DNA of 64,000 nt from Candidatus Algichlamydia australiensis (GTDB taxonomy: Bacteria > Chlamydiota > Chlamydiia > Chlamydiales > JAJFMI01). Position 1 is the stretch's first letter, and each line of letters starts with the position of its first letter. The stretch is from positions 192,001 to 256,000 of the forward strand of contig JAXCHI010000003.1 of the NCBI GenBank assembly GCA_033977065.1, given 5' to 3'. Shown here one piece after another: positions 9,512-17,675 of the stretch. A model generated the notes under the pieces. The model did not search any database. It worked only from the letters and a program-made list of their open reading frames with translations, and was not told the DNA's origin. The translations under genes and the position numbers were made by a program.

Positions 9512-10493
9512 CTGTAATCTGTTTCATGCAGCGAAAATCGATTGGACATACGCGTTTATAACAGGGAGAACAAGAGACATCTTTATTGATAACCGTCCCA
9601 CCATTGTAGGGACCTGTCGCCGTGCTATTGGTCGATCCAAAAAGTGCAACGAGTTTCACACCGACTGCGCTAGCTACATGCATCGGCCCACTATCATTGG
9701 TAAGCAAAACCTCTAACTGGCTAATCAAAGCCATCATTTCACGAAGGGTCGTCACACCTGCCATATTAATTGCGCGAGCTGGTAATCCGTCACAAATTCC
9801 TTTAATCAGCTCACTCTGCCCCACTGATCCTAAAAAGAGTACATAGCAATTGGGATCCTTTTCTAAAAGTTGCTTAGTCACCTCGTGAAAGCGGTCGGGC
9901 AGCCAGCATTTTGCCTCACCATACGCCGCACCCGGGTGAATCCCAATAATTTTTGCCCCTTCAGGTACATCGAACCGATCCAGCAATTTACGTACATGCG
10001 CTCTCTCTTCATCAGTGACAAAAAGCTGCGGCTCTGTCTCAGAAATTGAAACCCCCAAAGGCACAAGCAGCCGCTTGTAGGTCGTGACAAGATGCTCACT
10101 GCCCCTCTCCTTCGGTTTCGGAATTGGTTTTGTTAAAAGCCAGCGCCGCCAGTTTCCTACAAATCCGATGCGCTCCTTAACCCTTCCTTGTGCCATCAAC
10201 CAAGCAGAAGAAAACGAGTTTGTGAGCAAAATCCCCAAGTCATACTTACCGCCACGCAGCTTTTGAATCAAGTCTCGCTGCCCTTCACGCCGGCTCATCT
10301 TACCCAGTTTCGTAAAGGAGAAAATTTCGTTTACATGAGGATCTTTTTCTACAATTTCTTCCATGGGCTTTTGGCACATCGCAGTGATTTCTGCATTTGG
10401 AAAGTAGCGCCGAACATCAGCCAGAATGGGTGTTGCCATCACCAGGTCCCCAATCCAGTTGGGCATCCTTATGAGAATATTTTGAAACTCCAC
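9480..10493 (-). CDS. waaF: Lipopolysaccharide heptosyltransferase II
   Basis: ILIRMPNWIGDLVMATP, NSFSSA, PGAAYGEAKCW, TNDSGPMHVA, ALFGST, CSPCYKRVCP..FRCM. Confidence 0.88.
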   Translation of the reverse strand: MEFQNILIRMPNWIGDLVMATPILADVRRYFPNAEITAMCQKPMEEIVEKDPHVNEIFSFTKLGKMSRREGQRDLIQKLRGGKYDLGILLTNSFSSAWLMAQGRVKERIGFVGNWRRWLLTKPIPKPKERGSEHLVTTYKRLLVPLGVSISETEPQLFVTDEERAHVRKLLDRFDVPEGAKIIGIHPGAAYGEAKCWLPDRFHEVTKQLLEKDPNCYVLFLGSVGQSELIKGICDGLPARAINMAGVTTLREMMALISQLEVLLTNDSGPMHVASAVGVKLVALFGSTNSTATGPYNGGTVINKDVSCSPCYKRVCPIDFRCMKQITVEEVVDAITR

Positions 10494-10562
10494 ACCACAA
10501 TTGTAACAGCTTGAAATTTAATGAAAAAGCTGACAAAATGTTTTCAGAACTTTGGAGGAATT

Positions 10563-11465
10563 ATGATCAATTACCACTCACTTTGGGTCCTACTACCCCT
10601 ACTTATCATCATCACAAAGGCATTTCATATCGTGCCACAGCGCAAAGCCTACGTTGTAGAGCGTTTGGGAAAATACCACCGCACCTTAAGCGCCGGGCTA
10701 AACATCATTATTCCCTTTGTTGATCGTATCGCCTATCGCCACTCGCTTAAAGAAATTGCTTTAGATGTAGCAAAGCAGGTCTGTATCACACGCGATAATA
10801 TTGCCGTTGAAGTTGATGGCGTCCTCTACCTCCAAGTGATGGACCCTGTTAAAGCCTCCTACGGCATCACCGACTATCTCTTTGCAACCACGCAAATTGC
10901 GCAGACCACCATGCGCTCTGTTATTGGGAAACTCGACCTTGACCAGACATTTGAAGAGCGTGAGCAGATCAATGGCCAGATTGTGGAAGCGTCTGACAAG
11001 GCGTCTGATCCTTGGGGCATTAAAGTTTCGCGTTATGAGATTAAAGATATTAAGCCGCCGCGCAGCATCTACGATGCGATGGAAAAGCAGATGCGTGCCG
11101 AACGCGAAAAACGCGCCGTTATTGCAACTTCTGAGGGAGAGCGCCAAGCGCGCATCAACCGCGCCGACGGAGAAAAGCAAGAGCTCATTGCAAAAGCTGA
11201 GGGAAAAGCCAAAGAAATTGAGACTGTTGCGACTGCCAAAGCGGACTCTATCCGCGTCATTGCGCAAGCTTTGCAAGAAGAGGGTGGCAAAGATGCGCTT
11301 ACCATGCGCCTTGCAGAAAATTATATCTGCGAATTTGGCTCTCTTGCCAAAGCAAATAATACCATGATTGTTCCCGCTGACGTAGCTGATCTCTCAAAAA
11401 TGATCGCCACAGCGACTACACTCATCGGTAAAGGCAAACCTGACCTAGAGAGATTAAGAAATTAG
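10563..11465 (+). CDS. SPFH/stomatin-like (band 7) membrane protein
   Basis: VVERLGKY, ITRDN..VEVDG, AQTTMRSVIG, MEKQMRAEREKRA; GGAGG RBS before ATG 10563. Confidence 0.92.
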   Translation: MINYHSLWVLLPLLIIITKAFHIVPQRKAYVVERLGKYHRTLSAGLNIIIPFVDRIAYRHSLKEIALDVAKQVCITRDNIAVEVDGVLYLQVMDPVKASYGITDYLFATTQIAQTTMRSVIGKLDLDQTFEEREQINGQIVEASDKASDPWGIKVSRYEIKDIKPPRSIYDAMEKQMRAEREKRAVIATSEGERQARINRADGEKQELIAKAEGKAKEIETVATAKADSIRVIAQALQEEGGKDALTMRLAENYICEFGSLAKANNTMIVPADVADLSKMIATATTLIGKGKPDLERLRN

Positions 11466-11555
11466 TTATCGTTAACGAGCAAAATCAAGAGCTTAGGAGC
11501 AGAACTACATCTTACTTTTTAAAAAAAGAAAGAGAGAATGTAATAGACTGAGGGT

Positions 11556-12047
11556 GTGAAAAGACGCATTATCTTTGGCATTGATCCTGGTACGCAAGCA
11601 ACCGGTTACGGCATCATTGCCGTATCCGGTAGAACCCACGAAGCGCTTAGTTTTGGCGTTATTCGCTCCAGCACAAAAGTGCCCCTCAATGAGCGCTACC
11701 TCCATATTTTTAATGAACTCGAGCGCCTAATCGATCTCTATCAACCAGAAGCTATTTCTGTCGAAACACAATTTGTTTATAAAAACGTGCAGAGCGCTTT
11801 GAAACTTGGTATGGCACGCAGCTGTGCTATTCTTGCCGGTGGCAGAAAAAATATTCCTATTTTTGAATACGCTCCAAGCAAAGCGAAACTTGCCGTTGTT
11901 GGACGAGGAAATGCAACAAAACCGCAGGTGCAGAAAATGATTCAGATGCTGCTTGGCCTTGGCAAAGTTTCCGTGCCAGAAGATGCCGCAGATGCACTTG
12001 CACTTGCCATCTGCCACGCACATCATCTAAAATCAAGGAGACACTGA
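11556..12047 (+). CDS. ruvC: Holliday junction resolvase RuvC
   Basis: IFGIDPG, VETQF, EYAP..AK, DAADALALAICH. Confidence 0.96.
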   Translation: MKRRIIFGIDPGTQATGYGIIAVSGRTHEALSFGVIRSSTKVPLNERYLHIFNELERLIDLYQPEAISVETQFVYKNVQSALKLGMARSCAILAGGRKNIPIFEYAPSKAKLAVVGRGNATKPQVQKMIQMLLGLGKVSVPEDAADALALAICHAHHLKSRRH

Positions 12048-12200
12048 ACAATTGCTGTGCCGATAGGTCGAGCCGAAAATTCTAAAAAACTTTCTTTGGA
12101 GATCGGAGTCAACTTTGAAAAGTTGATGGAGATCGAAAATAAAGTTTTCTAGAATTTCTCGGCCGAGATAGCGGTGCATCAATTGTTCAGTGACAACCTA
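12034..12200. mobile_element. Palindromic miniature element family C, copy 1 (~165 bp; ends approximate)
   Basis: IR core CACTGAACAATTG...CAATTGTTCAGTG with internal IRs and central TCAACTTTGAAAAGTTGA; contains the last ruvC codons and ends 4 nt before the ruvA ATG. Confidence 0.8.
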
Positions 12201-12204
12201 AATT

Positions 12205-12792
12205 ATGTTTGAGTACATTCGCGGAACACTTGTTTCTATAACACCAGAAAAAGCGGTTGTCGATGTCAATGGCATCGGCTACCAGATTCACATTCCTCTT
12301 AGCTGCTACGCTGATGGGTTAAAAATTGAATCGGAAATTACCTTCTATACTTGCTTTGTAGTGAGGGAAGATTCGCAGCGTCTCTTTGGTTTTAGTAAAA
12401 AAGAGGAGCGAGAGCTCTTTATTCTCCTGAGTGAAGTCTCTGGTGTGGGACCGAAAACTGCTCTCAATCTAATTGGACACCTTGGAAGTGATAGCTTGGA
12501 GCAAGCGATTCTTTCTGCTAATACCGCAACACTCTCTAAAGTGCCAGGAATTGGGCGCAAGACAGCTGAGCGTCTTGCTCTTGAAATGCGCGATAAAATT
12601 CATAAGCTTAAAGGACCAAAAATCCCTTATATTCCAGGCAAGCCTGATTTAAAAAATGACGCCGTTTCTGCTCTTGTGAACCTTGGTTACTCATCAACAC
12701 AAGCAACCAAGGCGACAGACAAGGTGCTAAAAGAACTTGGCGAGGAGCCTCCCCTCACCAAGTTAATTGCCGCTGCCCTTAAAACGATCTAG
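12205..12792 (+). CDS. ruvA: Holliday junction branch migration protein RuvA
   Basis: MFEYIRG, VREDSQRLFGF, VSGVGPKTA, VPGIGRKTAERL, ALVNLGY. Confidence 0.96.
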   Translation: MFEYIRGTLVSITPEKAVVDVNGIGYQIHIPLSCYADGLKIESEITFYTCFVVREDSQRLFGFSKKEERELFILLSEVSGVGPKTALNLIGHLGSDSLEQAILSANTATLSKVPGIGRKTAERLALEMRDKIHKLKGPKIPYIPGKPDLKNDAVSALVNLGYSSTQATKATDKVLKELGEEPPLTKLIAAALKTI

Positions 12793-13426
12793 ATCTAGAT
12801 CTAGATGGTTTGATAATATCTCTTAGAATATCTTGAAGCTCCTTTCTTTGACTTCCTTCAATATTCGTAAAGTATTGAGTTCCATTTTTAGGGAATTGTA
12901 GAAGTAATTTTCCATCTTTAGCAAAAAGAGTATTCTCTACATTTTTGTACGTAAAGTACACTTTTGTATTTTTCCCATTGCGGAAGATTTTGATCTGCTT
13001 AGGCTTAACAGAATCATCGGTAGTATTAGTTAACGGTTCTCCGAGATCCACTCCAACCTCTTCGAAAAAGAGTGTAAGTATTTCTGGGGTTTTTACTTCT
13101 TGAGTTTCTACTTCATTTGGATCTCTAAAGTCTGGAGCTTTTGTTTCAGGACCCTCAACTTCTGGATCCTCTACCTCTGGCCCCTTTAATTCTGGAGTTC
13201 GATTGAACAAGACAGGAACTTCTCCTAAATTTGGAGCACAAATACTTATATTACGGTATGCATAGACAGCACCACCAATCACAAGAGCGGCTGTTCCAAA
13301 TAGGGCAATGGCTATTGCTACTGTTTTTTTATCGACTTTTGAAAGAGTATTTAAAACCTCTTCTTTTGCAGACATGTAAGCCTGCGTTTTATTTAAAAAA
13401 TAATTTAATTTTTCCATAAAATCCAC
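12779..13426 (-). CDS. Hypothetical membrane-anchored protein, candidate effector
   Basis: Hydrophobic segment TVAIAIALFGTAALVIGGAVYAY, PEVEDPEVEGPE repeats, C-terminal RSRSRSF; AT-rich upstream region. Confidence 0.6.
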   Translation of the reverse strand: MDFMEKLNYFLNKTQAYMSAKEEVLNTLSKVDKKTVAIAIALFGTAALVIGGAVYAYRNISICAPNLGEVPVLFNRTPELKGPEVEDPEVEGPETKAPDFRDPNEVETQEVKTPEILTLFFEEVGVDLGEPLTNTTDDSVKPKQIKIFRNGKNTKVYFTYKNVENTLFAKDGKLLLQFPKNGTQYFTNIEGSQRKELQDILRDIIKPSRSRSRSF

Positions 13427-13519
13427 AACTTTTATATTTTATTTATTAATAATTATACAAAATAAACACATTTAATAAAACAAACAAAAAAGATTTAGAG
13501 GTTTTATTGTGTTTTTGGC

Positions 13520-14881
13520 ATGATCTTCTCTATGAAGGGCTCAAATGTTAACAAAACAATCGCTGCAGTAGCAACTCCTCCAGGTGATGGGGGTGTTGCG
13601 ATCATTCGAATTTCAGGGCCAAGGGCAATTTCTATCGCCGATTCTATTTTTTCAGGGAACATTAAAAACTTTATTAGTCATAAGGCCTATTACGGTAAAA
13701 TTTTTTCTTTAACAGGCGATGTTTTGGATGAAGTGCTTCTTCTGCCGATGCGGACGCCGCGTTCGTTTACGGGAGAAGATGTAGTTGAAATTCATTGTCA
13801 TGGCGGGCGCCTAATTACGCAGAGGGTTTTAGCAAGGGTATTAGAGGCTGGAGCTCTGCCAGCTGGTCCAGGCGAATTTAGCATGCGCGCCTATCTCAAT
13901 GGTAAGCTGGATTTGGCGCAGGCTGAGGCAATTCAAGAGTTAATTTGCGCTAAAAATGAGTTAGCACTATCAAGCGCGCAGGAGCAATTAGATGGCGCGC
14001 TTTCCAAAAAAATTCGGGGTTTTCAAAAAGAGATTGCTGATGTGACAGCAATTATTGAAGCTTGGGTTGACTATCCAGAAGAGGGATTGGAGTTTGCCTC
14101 TGAAGAGGAGATTTTGGAGCAGTTGAAGAATGTCCAAGAGAAAATTCACTCCCTCCGTGAGAGTTTTCATGATGGGAAGATTTTGCACGAGGGTGTTAAG
14201 CTCTGTCTTTTAGGTGCGCCAAATGTGGGAAAATCTTCTTTAATGAATGCTTTGCTAAATCGCAATCGGGCAATCGTTACTGAGATTGCCGGCACTACGC
14301 GCGATCTGATTGAAGAGAGCCTTCGCATTGGTGATCTGCATGTACACTTAACAGATACGGCTGGGATTCGTGAAGATGCGGAGCGTATTGAGGAAGAGGG
14401 GATTCGTCGCTCGAAAAAAGCAGCTGAGCATGCCGATTTTATTCTCTTTGTTCTTGACGCAACGCGTGCAATAACAAGTGCAGAAGAAGAGTTGCTCGCT
14501 TCGCTCCCTAATGAGCGTACAATTGTACTGCATAACAAAATCGATTTAGCAGAAAAAAAATCACCCTCCTATTTATCTGTTTCAGCAAAAACAGAAGAGG
14601 GGCTTAGCGAATTAAAAAAACTGCTTCATAATCGCATTTGGAAAAATGGTAGACCAGGAAAGGAGCAGATCGCCATTACAAAAGAGCGCCACTATTTTGC
14701 CCTAAAACAGACTGAAGAGTTGCTCGATACTGTTGCATCTGGACTACGCGAAGGGATTTCACCCGAATTTCTCTCGTCCGATTTACGTAGAGCATTAAAA
14801 GAGTTAGGTAGTATTATTGGAATCGATGTAACCGAAGAGATCTTGGGCTCGATCTTTTCCAAATTTTGTGTCGGCAAATGA
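13520..14881 (+). CDS. mnmE: tRNA modification GTPase MnmE
   Basis: TIAAVATPPG.GG, SFTGEDVVEIHCHGG, GAPNVGKSS, GTTRD, DTAG, NKID, FCVGK. Confidence 0.97.
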   Translation: MIFSMKGSNVNKTIAAVATPPGDGGVAIIRISGPRAISIADSIFSGNIKNFISHKAYYGKIFSLTGDVLDEVLLLPMRTPRSFTGEDVVEIHCHGGRLITQRVLARVLEAGALPAGPGEFSMRAYLNGKLDLAQAEAIQELICAKNELALSSAQEQLDGALSKKIRGFQKEIADVTAIIEAWVDYPEEGLEFASEEEILEQLKNVQEKIHSLRESFHDGKILHEGVKLCLLGAPNVGKSSLMNALLNRNRAIVTEIAGTTRDLIEESLRIGDLHVHLTDTAGIREDAERIEEEGIRRSKKAAEHADFILFVLDATRAITSAEEELLASLPNERTIVLHNKIDLAEKKSPSYLSVSAKTEEGLSELKKLLHNRIWKNGRPGKEQIAITKERHYFALKQTEELLDTVASGLREGISPEFLSSDLRRALKELGSIIGIDVTEEILGSIFSKFCVGK

Positions 14882-15492
14882 AAGTGGAAGAAATTCTTAC
14901 CATTCTCGATCACTACTTTCCCAATCCAAAAGTCTCTTTGGACCATCGCGACTCCTACACTCTTCTCATTGCAACTCTTCTCTCTGCGCAGTGCACTGAC
15001 AAGCGGGTGAATGAGATAACTCCCCTGCTTTTTGCCAGAGCGAAAACGCCCGAGGAGATGATTCAGCTAAAAGTTGATGAGATTGAAGAGATCATCCGCC
15101 CGTGTGGTCTCGGGCCGACAAAAGCAAAAAATATCTGGGCTCTTTCAAAAATATTAATCGAAGAGTATGGAAGCGAGGTACCTGGTTCGCTTGAAGAGAT
15201 GGAAAAGTTACCGGGTGTGGGACACAAAACGGCCTCAGTTGTTCTAACGCAAGCTTTCAATCTTCCTGCGTTCCCCGTCGATACACACATTCATCGTTTG
15301 GCAAAGCGCTGGAATTTAAGCTCTGGCAAAAATGTACGCCAGACAGAAAAAGATTTAAAAGAGCATTTTCCTAAAGAGCGCTGGTGCAAAGTCCATTTAC
15401 AAATGATCTACTTTGCGCGACAGTTTTGCCCTGCAAAAAAACACCAAAAATCTCTCTGCCCGATCTGCAAAGTTATCTCTCAAGAATGTTAA
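14878..15492 (+). CDS. nth: Endonuclease III
   Basis: LLSAQCTD, LPGVGHKTA, VDTH, C-terminal Cys cluster; ATG overlaps the mnmE stop. Confidence 0.95.
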   Translation: MKVEEILTILDHYFPNPKVSLDHRDSYTLLIATLLSAQCTDKRVNEITPLLFARAKTPEEMIQLKVDEIEEIIRPCGLGPTKAKNIWALSKILIEEYGSEVPGSLEEMEKLPGVGHKTASVVLTQAFNLPAFPVDTHIHRLAKRWNLSSGKNVRQTEKDLKEHFPKERWCKVHLQMIYFARQFCPAKKHQKSLCPICKVISQEC

Positions 15493-16588
15493 GAATCTCA
15501 ATAGCGCAGTAGAGGCGATTGCGTTTTCCTTCCGTGTATTGAAAAATGGCGCCAATGTTTTCTAGTTTTTGAATCACTCTCTGTGCAGTTGTAATCGCTA
15601 CATTGTACTGTTGCGCAATTTTCTTTGTCGTAAGAAATGGGTTGATCGCAAGATATTGAATCACTTCCATCACAAGTGATGAGGTAGCTTGCGATTGCCA
15701 TTTGTTAATGAGCTGGTTGATTTGCTCTGCGCGCGTGAGTGCATCTGCTGCTTGTTCACTTACGCCATGCAAAAAGTAGTGCAGCCACTCCTGCCATGTT
15801 CCACTAGTACTAATATTTTGTAGATGGCGATAGTATTCCGTTCGCGACGCTTCAAAAAAAGCACTCAAGTAGAGAAGAGGTGCAGGGAGAAGTTCTCTTT
15901 CGATAAGAAGGAGTGTGATGAGAAGACGACCGATGCGTCCATTTCCATCAAGAAATGGATGAATGGCTTCAAATTGGTAGTGACAGAGCGCTGCATGAAC
16001 AAGCGGAGGCAGCTGTTGATTATGAAGGAACTTTTCAAAATCGGAAAGGCAATCGGCTAATGCATCAACAGGCGGCGGAACATAAGATGCTGTGTTCAGT
16101 GTTGCACCTGGCGGTCCTATCCAATTTTGTGAGCGCCGAAATTCCCCTGGAGTAGCGTGTTGTCCGCGCACCCCCGTCATGAGTTTTTCATGAATTTCTT
16201 TGATTAGACGAATGGATAGAGGAATTTCCTTGAGACGCCTGAGGCCATGTTCGAGAGCAAGTATGTAATTGCGCACTTCTTGCAAGTCTGCAGAACGCTC
16301 GCGGCTCATTCTCGCCTCATCAGCTAAAACTTCCCCCACTGTTGCTTGCGTTCCCTCGATTTTGCTAGAGAGAACGGCTTCACGAGTGACAAAAGGATGG
16401 ATGAGTAAGTGAGGATTGGGAAGCTTGCTCCCTTCTCGAGCCAGTTTTCCTAAAATATAATCAGCGCGTGAGAGTGCGTTAACAAGCGCCTCGTCCCAAT
16501 CAATATGCGGAGGAAGCGGATTCGGAACATAGGCCTTATAACCAAGTAAAGTTTTTAGTATTGTCCCGGCTGGAGTCTTTGTTGTCAT
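15473..16588 (-). CDS. Fic family protein (Fic_N, Fic domain, C-terminal HTH)
   Basis: EAVLSSKIEGT, GEFRRSQNWIG, HPFLDGNGRIGR. Confidence 0.93.
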   Translation of the reverse strand: MTTKTPAGTILKTLLGYKAYVPNPLPPHIDWDEALVNALSRADYILGKLAREGSKLPNPHLLIHPFVTREAVLSSKIEGTQATVGEVLADEARMSRERSADLQEVRNYILALEHGLRRLKEIPLSIRLIKEIHEKLMTGVRGQHATPGEFRRSQNWIGPPGATLNTASYVPPPVDALADCLSDFEKFLHNQQLPPLVHAALCHYQFEAIHPFLDGNGRIGRLLITLLLIERELLPAPLLYLSAFFEASRTEYYRHLQNISTSGTWQEWLHYFLHGVSEQAADALTRAEQINQLINKWQSQATSSLVMEVIQYLAINPFLTTKKIAQQYNVAITTAQRVIQKLENIGAIFQYTEGKRNRLYCAIEILNILER

Positions 16589-16595
16589 GTTTCCA

Positions 16596-16699
16596 TATTA
16601 GCGTTTTTGGTGTTTTTCGAAAATAAGAGATTTCTTTATTAGCGCTAGCGCTAATATGGGTTTGCCTTATTAGCGATTTTGTTGAATATCGCTAATAAG
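16596..16699. promoter_or_regulatory. Cluster of five TATTAGCG boxes upstream of the Fic gene (putative operator)
   Basis: Boxes at 16596, 16637 and 16668 (+) and 16649, 16690 (-); perfect 20-bp palindrome TATTAGCGCTAGCGCTAATA at 16637-16656. Confidence 0.6.
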
Positions 16700-17597
16700 A
16701 GACTCCGAGCGATTCACCGAAGTTGGCTTTCATCTCATACCCTTCTTGGGTGGCATCGATGAGATCTTGGTCAAGCTTTACTTTGTTTGGTTCAAAAAGA
16801 AGGAGAAGGGATGAACCACCAAATGAGAAGAAACCTTTCTCGTCTCCTTTTTTCTGCGGGGTATTTTCTTGAAAGGTTTGATGAATAGTACCAACGTAGG
16901 TCGCTCCCACTTCGATAAAGAGAATGGTGCCAAGGTGGTCGGTTTTGAGTTTAGTGATCACACGCTTGTTTTCGATGAGATAGCCGATGTTTTTTTTGAG
17001 TGCAAGCGGATTAACAGAGAAAAGCGGGCCATCAACAGGTTGCGGCTTTTCAGGAATGCAATCGCAAGGGAAGTGAAAACGATGATAGTCAACGGGAGCC
17101 AGACGAGCAATGACAAGGGCCCCGCCGATGTATTGCTTTGCAAGGGCTTTGTCACGCAAGAGTTTTTCTAAACAGTAGGGCTGTCCTTTTACTTTGAAGG
17201 CGCGACCTTCATCAATTTTTGGATAGACAAGGTAGCGGCCGTCGGCCGGTAAGATGAGATCAGTAGAAGCTAGAGGACGTCTCTCCGGCTTTAGCTTGCG
17301 AGTGAAAAAGTCATCAAAAGAGACGAAAGTTTCGGGAAGATCCTGAAATTCGGTAGCATCTAACTGGTAACGTTCGATAAAGGGAAGAATCTTTTTTTTG
17401 CTTTTGGGGGAGCGCTGACTGCGGCCGTAGAGATTAGAGAGGAATTTGAAGCGGGCAATAAGGGGAAGAAGAAAACAAGTAAAAATTTTAATTAACAAGG
17501 GGCTCTGGTAGAGCAGCTTAATCGCCTTCTCTCCATAGACTTTCTCTCGTTCCAAAGCCTTGGTATTGCGATTTTTAAAGATTAATGGGTCCTTCAT
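16692..17597 (-). CDS. psd: Phosphatidylserine decarboxylase proenzyme
   Basis: SFDDFFTRKLK, PADGR, RLAPVDYHRFHFP, FSFGGSS cleavage motif. Confidence 0.95.
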   Translation of the reverse strand: MKDPLIFKNRNTKALEREKVYGEKAIKLLYQSPLLIKIFTCFLLPLIARFKFLSNLYGRSQRSPKSKKKILPFIERYQLDATEFQDLPETFVSFDDFFTRKLKPERRPLASTDLILPADGRYLVYPKIDEGRAFKVKGQPYCLEKLLRDKALAKQYIGGALVIARLAPVDYHRFHFPCDCIPEKPQPVDGPLFSVNPLALKKNIGYLIENKRVITKLKTDHLGTILFIEVGATYVGTIHQTFQENTPQKKGDEKGFFSFGGSSLLLLFEPNKVKLDQDLIDATQEGYEMKANFGESLGVSY

Positions 17598-17675
17598 CCT
17601 TCAGGAGTTAGTGAGTGATTCCTATAAAATAACATATAGGGTACAATAAGTGTTGAACTTTCTGGAATCACGAAG

